A stretch of 32,000 nt of DNA from Nitrososphaerota archaeon (GCA_041641295.1 JBEPYO010000001.1:485262-517261); one strand, 5' to 3'. Positions 14,634-24,270 are shown, counted from the stretch's first letter. The notes: generated from the letters alone by a model not told the origin. Program-made: numbers and translations.

Positions 14634-17600
14634 CTCCCACCCACCTCCTCGAAGATGAGCTTTGGATAGATACACATGGCTAGAAGCTCGTTCAGTAGGA
14701 GGAAGAATGCATACGACATCGAGACTTGGACTCCTGAGAAGTCTTTGCCATGTACGGGGCAGATTAGCTGGTTCTGCTTGAGGTCGTAGTATGCCGGTAG
14801 CCCGCACTTCTCGCAGAAGTATGCAGAATACTTGTCGCTCTGCTCGAGTAGCCGGTCGAGGAGTAGGTAGCTTGCCCCGTAGGCGATTAGGCAGTCCCTC
14901 TCCATCTCCCCGAACTTGAGGCCTCCACCGCGGGAGCGGCCCTCGGTAGGCTGCCTCGTCAGTATCTGAACCTGGCCCCTAGACCTCGCGTGTATCTTGT
15001 CCCGGACCAAGTGGTGTAGCCTCTGATAATACACAACGCCAACGAATATCTCAACCTCGTACTTTCTGCCTGTAAGGCCGTCATACATGACCTCCGTTCC
15101 AGTGCCCTTAAAGCCGAGAGCCTCTAGCTCCGCCTTTATCTCCTCGAGGGGCTTGCCTATGAAGGGTGAGCCGTCGATCTCCTCGCCCTTCAGCCCGGCG
15201 AGTTTCCCGGCGAGGCTCTCAATCAGCTGTCCGACAGTCATTCTGGAGGGGAATGCGTGTGGATTAATTATCAGGTCTGGGACGATCCCGCTGGCAGTGT
15301 AGGGCATGTCCGCCTGTGGGAAGAGCATGCCTACAACGCCCTTCTGACCATGCCTCGAGGCGAATTTGTCCCCAATCTCTGCAAAGCAGTCGGTTCTGAT
15401 CCTGGCTTTGACTAGGGTTGTCTCTTCGAGCGTCTTAGTAACAAAGATCGTATCCACCACACCCGCCTCTGTAGGCTTAACGACCTCAGACGAGTCTCTC
15501 CAGACCATCTCCCTGGCAGGGGCCCTCATGTACTCTTCCATGAACCGTGGAGGGCTAACCATTCCGACGATAGCCATTCCTCCCACAACCTCCGACTCGG
15601 GGAAGGCAAGCCCGTCGGTGTCTAATGCGCGGTAGCATTGCTCGCCCCTGTAGCCCCTCACACTCGGCTCGGGAATGCCCAGCCTATCCTTCTCACCGCC
15701 TATGTACTGCTTTGCCTCCACCTCGTAGGTCCTATAGCTGATGCTGTAGCCCACGCCGCGCTCAACGGAGGATTTGTTTAGGACTACGGCGTCCTCCATG
15801 TTGTATCCATATCCTGTCAAGACAGCCACGACCAAGTTCTGGCCGATTGGCCTCTCTGTGAGTGAGAGCCGCTTCGTGAAGCGCGTAGATACTAGGGGCT
15901 TCTGGGGATAGACCAGTAGGTGGAGCCTAGAGTCAGTCCTCAGGTTTAGGCTTGTTAGGGGAACTCCCAGCGCCTGCTTAGCCATTGAGGCTTCGTAGAC
16001 GTTTCTCGGCGACTGGTTATGGTTACTGTAGGGTATTATTGAGGCTACAGCGCCCATCGTGAGGAGCGGCGAAATTTCTAGATAGTTGTGGTTGGGGGTC
16101 AGGCTTTCTGGAGAGAGGGCGACCAAGACGTTTTCCTCCTCAGAAGCGTCTAAGAACTCTACAGCACCTATCGAAACCAGATCCCTAAACCTGAAAGTCC
16201 CATTGGACAGCGATTCAATCATCGCCCTCGAGATGCTAGGCACACCATTCTCCGCCACTATTAGCGGCCTCCTGACCCGGCCCTCGTCGGTGTAAATCTC
16301 AACTTCCTGGATGTGTGGATACTCGTTTAGGCAGATATTGACGGCGGGGCTAATCTCACCCTTCCTACGTAAGGCTCTAAGCTCGCGGACCAGAGCACGG
16401 CCGTCCGGATGATAGCCTATCAGCTCGTTGTCCAAGTAGACTTTTGCACCATACGTCTTCTTCCGCCCACGCCTCCTCTCGTCAAGCGCCACAAAGACGC
16501 CGACCATACCGAGGTCTACCAGCCTTCTCTTCAGCTCAATCCTGTCCTGCTGCGAGAGTGGGACTGTGACCTCGGCACCTAAGGCTAGGTTTTTGACGAG
16601 CCCGGAGTTCGCTCCTTCTGGCGTCTCAACGGGACATATTCTACCCCAGTGTGTCCCGTGTAGGTCTCTTGCCTCGAAGTGTGCTTGGCTACGGCTAAGC
16701 GGCGACTGCACCCTCCTCAGATGGCTGATAGTGGCTAGATAGTTAGTCCTGTTCAACAGCTGTGTTACGCCAACACGCCCACCGGGCCAGTTCCCAGTCG
16801 CAAATGCGTGAATAACGACGTCGTTAACTATGCTGGGCTTAACAAACGGTGAGATTGTGATTGGATAGCGCGACGCCATGCTCTTTTCGAGCTGATACTT
16901 GATGTCTCGGATCAGCTTGGTGAGAGCCATTCGGTAGAGTTCTGTCAGGAGTGGGTTCTCCAGCTTCAGCCTCTTGTTACCGTAGTGGTCTTTGTCCGAG
17001 GGCTTTCTGAGACCCACGCTCGTCTCGAGTAGCTTCCCAACTATGTCGCATAGGAGTATTCCCTTCTTGTATCTCGCGTCGGGGGTCGTCCCTACATGGA
17101 GCATGAATATGTTGTCTATCATCTGCTCAGCCCGCTGTTTCCTGTACTCCTCGGCATAGCCGAAGGCTATCCTGTTCCCTATGTACACTAGGGCGTCATC
17201 CGCCGTCTCAACGCCCTCGGCCTCCCTGAATGACGGCTCGAGAAGCTCCTGTATCGCGGAGTTGTTCGATATGAGATTGACTATCTCGCTGTCCTTAGTC
17301 AGACCAAGAGCCCTCAGCATGACTATCAGTGGAATACCCTTGTAGATCCTCGAGAAGAAGACCTTTATGGGGCCACCCGGCTTGTAGGTGACCTCAACCT
17401 TACTCATCCTACCCTGAGAGGAGGAGAGAAGCATCGCAGAGTACTGTGGATTCTCCTTCTGATCCTTCACAGTCACGAGAACCTTGTTGGGTGAGAGATC
17501 CTCTATCGCCACTATAACCCTCTCTGACCCGTTTATGATGAAGTAGCCGCCTGGGTCTAGCGGGTCTTCACCTATAGCCGCGAGCTCTTCTGGGGTCATC

Positions 17601-18025
17601 CTGCTCAGCGGACAGATAGAGGACTTAACCATGATGGGGATCGAGCCGATAAGAACGCGCTCAGCGACGACTACCGGCTTATCATCAACATATAGGCTCA
17701 TCTTGACATAGATTGGCGCCGCGTAGGTTAGGTTTCTCAGCCTACACTCCATCGGCGTTACGTCCTCCCTTACCATCCCGTCGATCTCGACGATCCTCGG
17801 AGACCCTATCTCGACGCTCTCGAACTTTAGCTCGGCTTTACCCCTCGCCTTAATCTCGACAGGGCTCATGCTCATTATCAGGTTCTTGAGGCCCTCTTTG
17901 ACGAAGTAGTCGTACGACATTAGGTGGTGGTTGATTAACCCAGCGTCGTCGATGTAGGCCTCGGCTACCTTCATCAGGTCTTCGGTTGTGAGGACTGACT
18001 GTTCAGAGGTTGGCTTTGGGCTCAC
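14630..18025 (-). CDS. rpoB: DNA-directed RNA polymerase subunit B (unsplit)
   Basis: The 1131-aa product carries [30 protein letters not shown] and the C-terminal zinc motif [23 protein letters not shown]. The GTG start overlaps the rpoH stop (GTGA). Confidence 0.95.
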   Translation of the reverse strand: MSPKPTSEQSVLTTEDLMKVAEAYIDDAGLINHHLMSYDYFVKEGLKNLIMSMSPVEIKARGKAELKFESVEIGSPRIVEIDGMVREDVTPMECRLRNLTYAAPIYVKMSLYVDDKPVVVAERVLIGSIPIMVKSSICPLSRMTPEELAAIGEDPLDPGGYFIINGSERVIVAIEDLSPNKVLVTVKDQKENPQYSAMLLSSSQGRMSKVEVTYKPGGPIKVFFSRIYKGIPLIVMLRALGLTKDSEIVNLISNNSAIQELLEPSFREAEGVETADDALVYIGNRIAFGYAEEYRKQRAEQMIDNIFMLHVGTTPDARYKKGILLCDIVGKLLETSVGLRKPSDKDHYGNKRLKLENPLLTELYRMALTKLIRDIKYQLEKSMASRYPITISPFVKPSIVNDVVIHAFATGNWPGGRVGVTQLLNRTNYLATISHLRRVQSPLSRSQAHFEARDLHGTHWGRICPVETPEGANSGLVKNLALGAEVTVPLSQQDRIELKRRLVDLGMVGVFVALDERRRGRKKTYGAKVYLDNELIGYHPDGRALVRELRALRRKGEISPAVNICLNEYPHIQEVEIYTDEGRVRRPLIVAENGVPSISRAMIESLSNGTFRFRDLVSIGAVEFLDASEEENVLVALSPESLTPNHNYLEISPLLTMGAVASIIPYSNHNQSPRNVYEASMAKQALGVPLTSLNLRTDSRLHLLVYPQKPLVSTRFTKRLSLTERPIGQNLVVAVLTGYGYNMEDAVVLNKSSVERGVGYSISYRTYEVEAKQYIGGEKDRLGIPEPSVRGYRGEQCYRALDTDGLAFPESEVVGGMAIVGMVSPPRFMEEYMRAPAREMVWRDSSEVVKPTEAGVVDTIFVTKTLEETTLVKARIRTDCFAEIGDKFASRHGQKGVVGMLFPQADMPYTASGIVPDLIINPHAFPSRMTVGQLIESLAGKLAGLKGEEIDGSPFIGKPLEEIKAELEALGFKGTGTEVMYDGLTGRKYEVEIFVGVVYYQRLHHLVRDKIHARSRGQVQILTRQPTEGRSRGGGLKFGEMERDCLIAYGASYLLLDRLLEQSDKYSAYFCEKCGLPAYYDLKQNQLICPVHGKDFSGVQVSMSYAFFLLLNELLAMCIYPKLIFEEVGGS

Positions 18026-18276
18026 TCCTCCCTCACCACCAGTCTATAATAGTGTGAGAGACCGGCTGTGGGTGACCTTCTATGTATCCTAAGTACGTCG
18101 CCGGGCTTGGCACCTATCTCACGCACCACTGGGTCGCTGGCAAGTATCCTCGGAAGCTCGTTTAGGGTGATCCTGTATCTGCTCAATAGTTCCTGTACCT
18201 CCTCCTGGCTCATAATCTCGTGCTTCGGAACCAGCTCATGCTCAAGTATCGAGACCGTCGACGGCACCTCTTTCAC
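18022..18276 (-). CDS. rpoH: DNA-directed RNA polymerase subunit H (Rpb5-like)
   Basis: The 84-aa product carries [47 protein letters not shown] and YYRLV, the conserved RpoH pattern. It is the first gene of the RNAP operon. Confidence 0.9.
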   Translation of the reverse strand: MKEVPSTVSILEHELVPKHEIMSQEEVQELLSRYRITLNELPRILASDPVVREIGAKPGDVLRIHRRSPTAGLSHYYRLVVREE

Positions 18277-18531
18277 CTCAACCTTTTTAGATTTAGAAGA
18301 CTTCTGGGGCAGAATACACCACCATCCCTATAACCAGATTCACTTGGTGAGAAAAAGTTAGAATCCCTTTATTAACTTATCCTACCCCGCTGCGAGGCGC
18401 ATAATAGGGCCATAGGCACCATGCTTGTTCTGCGGGCTACGTAGCTATTCAGGCTGCGGGGCTGGGCTGTAGACTCATTGTTGGGGGCTGAGTCAAGGAT
18501 TATGTAGAAGGGAGCTTCGATTTGGCCTGTG

Positions 18532-18873
18532 ATGCAGGAGTTCAAGATCAACCTTACAGAGAGGGCCGCCCTCAAGATCAGGGAGTACCTAGCTGGTGAG
18601 GGGGAGGGGCTGGCGCTCAGGGTGTTTATAATGGGGCAAGGGTGTTGCGGATACCGCTACGGCATGGTTCTAGACAACGAGGTTTTGGAAGATGATATTG
18701 TCGTCCAGGACAACGGTGTTAGAGTTGTTGTGGATAAATACAGTGCATCACTCCTCGCTGGCTCCGAGATAGACTATGTAGAGAGTGAGGGGTTGGAAGG
18801 GTTCGTCGTGAAGAACCCGAACGAGCAGTCGACCTGTAGCTGTGGTAGACACCACCACTCTATGATTGAGTAA
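18532..18873 (+). CDS. IscA/HesB-type iron-sulfur cluster insertion protein
   Basis: LTERAALKIREYL, GLALRVFIMGQGCCGYRYGMVLD, IDYVES and the C-terminal CSCG are the three-Cys IscA pattern. Confidence 0.8.
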   Translation: MQEFKINLTERAALKIREYLAGEGEGLALRVFIMGQGCCGYRYGMVLDNEVLEDDIVVQDNGVRVVVDKYSASLLAGSEIDYVESEGLEGFVVKNPNEQSTCSCGRHHHSMIE

Positions 18874-18886
18874 GGTACTGGCGGGC

Positions 18887-19345
18887 ATGGAAGTGGGGGA
18901 CACCTGCCCAGACTTCTCCCTCCCTTCGACAGAGGGGGAGTTCAGGCTTAGTGAGAGGCTTGGAAAGAACCGCTACATAATACTCTACTTCTATCCAAGA
19001 GACAACACCCCCGGATGCACATCAGAGGCTTGTAGCTTTAGAGACAACATGGGTGTTTTGACAAGATATGGAGCTGAAGTCTATGGGATAAGCACCGACG
19101 ACCTTAAGAGCCACAAGAAATTCGCACAGAAATACAACATAGCCTTCCCGCTGCTCAGCGACAAGAACGGCGAGATATCACGACTCTTCGACGCGTATAA
19201 TAGCATTTTCAAGACGGCGAAGCGAAAGACCTTCATAATCTCCCCTGACGGTAGAATAGTCAAAATAATAGAATGGGTTAAACCGGAGGAGCACGTTAAA
19301 CTAGCTATCGAGTTTCTTGAGAGGGAAGCTCAGCGGGCTATCTGA
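18887..19345 (+). CDS. bcp: peroxiredoxin, Bcp (PrxQ) type
   Basis: YFYPRDNTPGCTSEACSFRD holds the peroxidatic Cys and a resolving Cys 5 residues later. KFAQKYNIAFPLLSD is also typical. Confidence 0.9.
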   Translation: MEVGDTCPDFSLPSTEGEFRLSERLGKNRYIILYFYPRDNTPGCTSEACSFRDNMGVLTRYGAEVYGISTDDLKSHKKFAQKYNIAFPLLSDKNGEISRLFDAYNSIFKTAKRKTFIISPDGRIVKIIEWVKPEEHVKLAIEFLEREAQRAI

Positions 19346-19590
19346 ACCCTCGCCCTAACCTCCTTGACTATCTCATCAGCAGTCGGGAACCTACCTCCCT
19401 GCTCCTTCCGCGAATAAACTTTCTTATCATCTATGTAAACATCAAAGGTGCCGCCGTCAGATGTGTCGAGGGTTACGGAGAAGCGTTTATTGTACTCCAT
19501 GCCGAATGTCTGTAGCAGGTGGTTTGCGAGCTCCATCGCCCTCGGAAGATGGCCACACGGCACGCAGTAGACTATCCTAACGTTGACCAC
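19330..19590 (-). CDS. Rdx / SelW-SelT-like CxxC thioredoxin-fold protein
   Basis: IVYCVPCGHLPRAMELANHLLQTFG, GGTFDVYIDDKKVYSRKEQGGRFP and ADEIVKEV follow the Rdx family pattern (YCxxC, G.FEV, SRK..GGFP). The 3' end overlaps bcp convergently by 16 nt. Confidence 0.7.
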   Translation of the reverse strand: MVNVRIVYCVPCGHLPRAMELANHLLQTFGMEYNKRFSVTLDTSDGGTFDVYIDDKKVYSRKEQGGRFPTADEIVKEVRARVQIAR

Positions 19591-19688
19591 GTATGATTTG
19601 CGGAATTCTTAATTTATTAACGTTATTTCTTTACCAAGAGTCTACAAGGTTTATATCCCCTGCCACAGCAGACCAGTTAGGGGGCTCA

Positions 19689-19805
19689 ATGCTGAGTAGG
19701 CAGACGGTGGAGGCCGAGGAGTGTCCTCGGTGCCACTTAGAAGTCCCAGCTGGGACAAGAAGATGTCCTAGGTGTGGCTTATGTATAGCCTGCTCCAGCC
19801 AGTGA
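19689..19805 (+). CDS. 38-aa zinc-ribbon micro-protein
   Basis: The ATG at 19689 follows a TTTATAT box (19650-19656) by about 33 nt. The product contains CPRC-x10-CPRC. The longer 70-aa version in the ORF track would start inside the divergent promoter. Confidence 0.35.
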   Translation: MLSRQTVEAEECPRCHLEVPAGTRRCPRCGLCIACSSQ

Positions 19806-19813
19806 AAAGAGTC

Positions 19814-20794
19814 TTAGACCCTGACGCATATTTTTTCCTCGAGGGCGTAGGCGTTGATTCCGAGGCGCCTCAGGTGTCTAGCAAGTGTGGATGAGAATCC
19901 GTATATTGTGAGGACTGTCTTATAATCATGGTTTTTCGCGTATGATACTAGGCCGTGGAAGTCTGAGTGGGCGGAGAGTGGGAAGTAGGCGTCGAATCCC
20001 TCCTGCCTCGTGGTGAGGACCCAGCCTGTGGCGAGCGCCCATCTGACACGCCTGTTTGCGAGCTGGGAGATGTCCCTCCGCGCAGAAACGTAGACCGCAC
20101 CACTCTTGGCAGCCTCATCGCCCTCCCGGGTCCCAGCCTTTAGGAAGTCCAGCCACCTGAACGTGTTCTTATAGACCATGGAGATTCTGTAGATCTCGGG
20201 TGTGGTGAGGACTGGCACGTTTAGCGTCTTGTTGATGAGGGCGACTATTTCCTGAGCCTTGCCGGCCGAGTAGACCTTTAGGGCGGGTATATCGCCCCGC
20301 GCTAGGGTCTCTTTCACCCACTTGATAATCTCGTAGTAGATTCCCTCCCTGTCCGGGAATTTGTAGATGGGGGAGCCGTAGGTTGCCTCTATCACTAGGA
20401 CATCGGCCTCGTCCTGTTCTGCACCCCTCTGAAGGATGTTGTCATAGACGTTCATGTCGCCTGTATATAGTATGGAGAGGCCGTCAGCTTCCAGCTTAAA
20501 CATGCTTGAGCCGAGCATGTGCCCCGAGTTCAGGGCAGTGAGGTGGATGCCATGTGGTAATTCTATCTTAACCCCGAGGGGGGATTCAATGAATCTCCTA
20601 TAGTATTTTTTGCGGGAGGCGAAGATTTTATGGGTCTCGCCCGTCATGACGTTGAGCTCTGTGGGCGAGCCTGCGTGGTCCATGTGCGCATGGCTCAGAC
20701 ACCTTAACCCCTGCCCCTCCGCAGCGTCAAAGAGGATCCGCGATCCGCGGTCCTCGAAAACCGGCGCAGCCCCCTCCATCCTTATCAGAGGCAA
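19814..20794 (-). CDS. short metallo-beta-lactamase / beta-CASP family nuclease
   Basis: MBL motifs are SHAHMDHAG (HxHxDH), NSGHMLGS and LYTGDMN. The beta-CASP-like motifs are VLVIEATYG (A) and LSAHSD (B). The start is uncertain (TTG 20794 or ATG 20779). Confidence 0.7.
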   Translation of the reverse strand: MPLIRMEGAAPVFEDRGSRILFDAAEGQGLRCLSHAHMDHAGSPTELNVMTGETHKIFASRKKYYRRFIESPLGVKIELPHGIHLTALNSGHMLGSSMFKLEADGLSILYTGDMNVYDNILQRGAEQDEADVLVIEATYGSPIYKFPDREGIYYEIIKWVKETLARGDIPALKVYSAGKAQEIVALINKTLNVPVLTTPEIYRISMVYKNTFRWLDFLKAGTREGDEAAKSGAVYVSARRDISQLANRRVRWALATGWVLTTRQEGFDAYFPLSAHSDFHGLVSYAKNHDYKTVLTIYGFSSTLARHLRRLGINAYALEEKICVRV

Positions 20795-20898
20795 GTCAAG
20801 TATTGGAGAGGCAGCCGCTTGATAAAAATTTAGGGATTGGGTCTCGGAGAGGTTTTACGTCTCTTAAGCCTATTGCGCTTCCGATGGGATGGAAATCG

Positions 20899-20906
20899 TT
20901 TTTAAG
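20899..20906 (+). promoter_or_regulatory. TATA-like box (TTTTTAAG) of pyrF-pyrE
   Basis: The AT-rich octamer is centred about 27 nt upstream of the GTG at 20929, implying a leaderless mRNA. Confidence 0.4.
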
Positions 20907-20928
20907 AGGTGAAACGAGGCGCTAGCAG

Positions 20929-22251
20929 GTGTCTTTGCTCAGGGATAGGTATGATAAGGCTGTCGAGGCTTCTGGCAGCATTCTATGCCTTGGACTCGAC
21001 CCGCCGCCGTGGGCCTACCCGGAGCCTAGTTTGAGGCTGAAGTTCTGTCTCGACAAGATCCAGCAGCTCGGCAGGTTTTGCTCCGCTGTTAAGCTGAATG
21101 AGAATCATGTGCGCGGCCTGGGGGAAGACGGGCACAGAGCTATAACCGGGTTGGCGAAGAAGCTGAACCTTTTAGCGATTCTGGACTGTAAGCTCGGAGA
21201 CATCGGCGAATCTGCTAAGGCTGGTGTAAACACCATCGCGAGGTTAGGCTATGACGCCTTTACCCTCAACCCCCTCTTCGGCAATGTCAGAGAAGTGGTA
21301 GAAGAGGCGCATAGGCAGGGGCTAGGCGTGTTCCTTCTCGCCCACCCATCAAGCAGATACGGCGAGAAATACTTCCGTCGCGTGGTGAATGGTGAGCCGC
21401 TCTACTGGAGGTTTATTGAGGAGGGGGTTGAGGCTGGGGTGGACGGATACGTAGTCGGGCTTTCACCTAGCCTCGGTGAGGAGGAGATAGCCGAGATTAG
21501 GAGGAGGATAGGAGAGGAGGCGATAATACTCTCACCCGGATTAGGCGCACAGGGAGGAGACCCAACGCCCATGATCAGGGCCGGCGGTGAGAGGATACTC
21601 ATCAATGTGGGCCGGTCGATAATACTTGCAGAGGACCCGGCCGTCGAAGCGGCAGGCATCGCTGAAACCCTCTCGAGCCGTAGGGAATTCATCCTCACCA
21701 GTAAGGCAATAATTGGGACGAAAGGAGTCTTGAACATATATGAGAAGCCGGTCCAGCTCTCGAGCGGCGGGTGGAGCCGTCTCTACATCGACTGTAGGGC
21801 GCTATACTCCGACCCAGTTTCGAGGTCGCTCATAGCAAGACTCATGACTGGGGCTATATCCAGACGCGTCGGCAGGTCCGGCTTCGAGATAGCGACCACA
21901 GCTACTGCAGGAATACCATTGGCGAGCATTGTGGCAGACAGGCTTGGCGTGGGACTTGTATACGTCAGGATGGAGAAGAAGGCGCACGGGCTTGAGCGGA
22001 AGGTGGAGGGAGTGGTTAAGCCTGGGATGCTCTATGTAGGCGTTGACGACGTGGCCACCACTGGTAAGAGCGCGCTTGAGTGTGTGAAGGCAGTGCGGGA
22101 GGAGGGGGGAGTGATAAACAAATACTTTGTGATCTTTGATAGGGATGAGGGCGCCGAACAGCTCCTCCGCGAGGCTGGAGTTGAACTCTACTCTCTCGCC
22201 CGTATGAGTAGCGAGTTCCTGACCATGGCAGGTGTTAGCGATAAGCCCTAA
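20929..22251 (+). CDS. pyrF-pyrE: fused orotidine-5'-phosphate decarboxylase (N-terminal) and orotate phosphoribosyltransferase (C-terminal)
   Basis: The N-terminal ~255 aa carry LCLGLDPP, AVKLNE, LDCKLGDIG (DxKxxD) and SPGLGAQGG. The C-terminal ~185 aa carry the PRPP-binding loop MLYVGVDDVATTGKSA and an OPRT-like hood region. Confidence 0.85.
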   Translation: MSLLRDRYDKAVEASGSILCLGLDPPPWAYPEPSLRLKFCLDKIQQLGRFCSAVKLNENHVRGLGEDGHRAITGLAKKLNLLAILDCKLGDIGESAKAGVNTIARLGYDAFTLNPLFGNVREVVEEAHRQGLGVFLLAHPSSRYGEKYFRRVVNGEPLYWRFIEEGVEAGVDGYVVGLSPSLGEEEIAEIRRRIGEEAIILSPGLGAQGGDPTPMIRAGGERILINVGRSIILAEDPAVEAAGIAETLSSRREFILTSKAIIGTKGVLNIYEKPVQLSSGGWSRLYIDCRALYSDPVSRSLIARLMTGAISRRVGRSGFEIATTATAGIPLASIVADRLGVGLVYVRMEKKAHGLERKVEGVVKPGMLYVGVDDVATTGKSALECVKAVREEGGVINKYFVIFDRDEGAEQLLREAGVELYSLARMSSEFLTMAGVSDKP

Positions 22252-22263
22252 AAATACGGGGTC

Positions 22264-23331
22264 TTATCTGCTCCTTACTATCAGGTATTCGGCCAGTGAG
22301 CGTAGAAGTTCTTTCGCATGGCTTGGCCTCAGCTCAGGCTCTATTGCATTCCACCCATCCTCTACGAGGCGTCTAGCAATGGACTTGCTATACTCTATAG
22401 CCCCGCTAGACTTTATCAGCTCTATCGCCTCGTCTATCGTCGCCCTGTCTGCTGTCTTCAAGCCTAACACCCTCCGAAGCTTTTCACTCTTCTCCCTAGG
22501 GAGTGTTCGCAGCGCGTGTATGACCATTAAAGTCCTCTTACCCTCCCTCAGATCTCCCCCAATCTCCTTACCGTAGAGAGACTCGTCTCCTATAAGATTA
22601 AGGAGGTCGTCCTGAATCTGGAACGCAACCGCGATGGAGGAGGCGAACCTGCTGAATTTCTCCTCAATCGCGCTATCCACGCCGGCCATTAGGCACGCAA
22701 TCCTTACTGAGAGTCTGGCGAGGCTTCCGGTCTTTAGGTCGCACATCAGGAGGTACTGCGACTCATTAACATCCCTGCCAATTCCTCTATGCCAAGCAAT
22801 GTCTAGGGCCTGTCCCAGGCTTAGTCGGAGCATCTCCTCCACGTAGATTTTCAGGAGGGCGGTTTGTACAGCCTCGGGGATGCGGATTTTCGACAAGACG
22901 GCGGCAACTGGGAGATAGTATAGAGTGTTACCGGCATTTATTGCGACATCCTCGCCGTATATTCTATGTATACAGGGCTTCCCACGTCTGACCTCGCTGC
23001 CATCCTCCACGTCATCAACTATCAGTGTCCCATTATGTATCAGCTCAGGGATTGTAAGCAGCTGCACTATGTCCTCGGCACGGCCGCCGAGGGCCTCGTA
23101 GACCAGCATCCCAAGCGCGGGCCTCCATCGCTTACCACCCCTATCCAACAGATCCCATGCAGGCCTTGTAACAACCTCGTTGAGAGAGTATACGTCTATC
23201 TCTCCGTAAGATAGACCGGCCACCCTTCGATAATAGTCCTCCCCGGGTGTTCTGGGGAAGAGTTCCTCGAGGGCCTCGTTGACGAGCCTCGCATAGTTGT
23301 TTAGCTCCTGCTCTATCTCCACATATGGCAA
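22264..23331 (-). CDS. trans-polyprenyl diphosphate synthase (GGPP synthase family, product length uncertain)
   Basis: The first Asp-rich motif is LIVDDVEDGSEVRRGKP and the second is FQIQDDLLNLIGD. GKEIGGDLREGKRT is also present. Confidence 0.85.
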   Translation of the reverse strand: MPYVEIEQELNNYARLVNEALEELFPRTPGEDYYRRVAGLSYGEIDVYSLNEVVTRPAWDLLDRGGKRWRPALGMLVYEALGGRAEDIVQLLTIPELIHNGTLIVDDVEDGSEVRRGKPCIHRIYGEDVAINAGNTLYYLPVAAVLSKIRIPEAVQTALLKIYVEEMLRLSLGQALDIAWHRGIGRDVNESQYLLMCDLKTGSLARLSVRIACLMAGVDSAIEEKFSRFASSIAVAFQIQDDLLNLIGDESLYGKEIGGDLREGKRTLMVIHALRTLPREKSEKLRRVLGLKTADRATIDEAIELIKSSGAIEYSKSIARRLVEDGWNAIEPELRPSHAKELLRSLAEYLIVRSR

Positions 23332-23374
23332 ATGCGTTGAGACTGGTAATAAATTGTTGCTCCGCGTCGAGGGG

Positions 23375-24157
23375 CTAAATTGTTAGGCCATTCCGCCTTA
23401 AAAACTCGGATGTCTCAGCCTCAAGCTCCTCCATCTCCCTATCCCTCCTAACCTTCTCGGCGAGGTATTGCCTATATGTGGACCGAATACCGACATACTT
23501 CAAGAGATACCCCTCAGCTGCAAGCTTCTCTGAGGCTTCATCAAGATACTTCTGAAGCTGCTCTCTCCTAGGCTCGCGATATGAGTCGTACATCAGCACC
23601 AAATCGAGAGGCATCCTCGGCCTCGTCGGCGGGTTCTCACCAGGCGGACCCATACAGATGAAAAAGAGTGGCGCCACCCCACCCGGGATGTCAAGGATCT
23701 TTTGGAGCTCCAGTCCAAGCTTAAGGGGCCAGTCGAGGATGACTGAGGAGTACCCTATGGCCTCGCCGGCCAGTATCAGATTCTCCGCGAACAGGCCGGC
23801 CTCGAATATAGCCTCCACAGTCTCTATAGGGTTTGGCGGCCTAGCCAGGGTGTGATCTGGCTCCAGCAGGTCGAACAGCATTCGCGTCCTTCTAAAATCT
23901 ATGCAGAGAAGCAGCAGAATCGGGGCCTGCTTAATGATGTTGTCCTCCGTCAACTCGTATATCTTTTCCCGGAGTTCAGGCCTCTCGATGTTGATTACAG
24001 TGTATGACTGGTAGACGCACGGTGCCCTCTGGCCCGCCTCCACCAAGAGTTCCAGAATACTCCTGCTGGGCTTCGCATCCCTGAAGACTCTGATTGATCT
24101 CCTCCGAAATAGGAGGGCGAGAACTCCATGCCTCTTCCTGGGACGAGCCGCCACCAT
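23375..24157 (-). CDS. nitroreductase-family flavoprotein with charged C-terminal extension
   Basis: RRSIRVFRD, VEAGQRAP and the overall layout fit the nitroreductase fold. About 70 extra C-terminal residues are rich in E/R/K. Confidence 0.65.
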   Translation of the reverse strand: MVAARPRKRHGVLALLFRRRSIRVFRDAKPSRSILELLVEAGQRAPCVYQSYTVINIERPELREKIYELTEDNIIKQAPILLLLCIDFRRTRMLFDLLEPDHTLARPPNPIETVEAIFEAGLFAENLILAGEAIGYSSVILDWPLKLGLELQKILDIPGGVAPLFFICMGPPGENPPTRPRMPLDLVLMYDSYREPRREQLQKYLDEASEKLAAEGYLLKYVGIRSTYRQYLAEKVRRDREMEELEAETSEFLRRNGLTI

Positions 24158-24270
24158 TAAGTCACCTGCCTCTGAGTATTATCGGCCACTAATTAAGCAG
24201 GCCGCAAAGGGGGTGCAAGTCTTATCCAGTAATATTTGGGTGGTAGCACCTGAGCACTAGCAGCGTGCCC

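Noticed and set aside
14634-14807. 5' extension of the rpoA ORF ([10 protein letters not shown]... to the TTG at 14633) given in the ORF track.
   Set aside because: It lies entirely inside the rpoB 3' coding region in another frame. RpoA' homology begins at IKFGIL, right after the TTG at 14633, which has a well-spaced GGAGGTG.
5849-18025. Inteins in PolB, RadA, RpoA or RpoB.
   Set aside because: Protein lengths and uninterrupted motif spacing leave no room for an intein insertion. No Cys/Ser...HN-Cys/Ser/Thr splice-junction blocks were seen.
10076-18361. About 20 short ORFs antisense to or off-frame within nusA, rpl30e, rpoA, rpoB and rpoH.
   Set aside because: They are embedded in highly conserved RNAP and ribosomal genes and have no independent start signals or motifs.
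18372-18575. 67-aa minus-strand ORF in the rpoH-iscA spacer.
   Set aside because: It overlaps the iscA start, and it has no promoter or SD context and no recognisable motif. It is treated as non-coding (see the low-interest spacer finding).
23350-23384. 9-bp direct repeat TAAATTGTT x2 between the nitroreductase and polyprenyl synthase genes.
   Set aside because: It is short and AT-rich. One copy overlaps the stop codon and the other the TATA-like box of the downstream gene, so chance or promoter composition is the simplest explanation.
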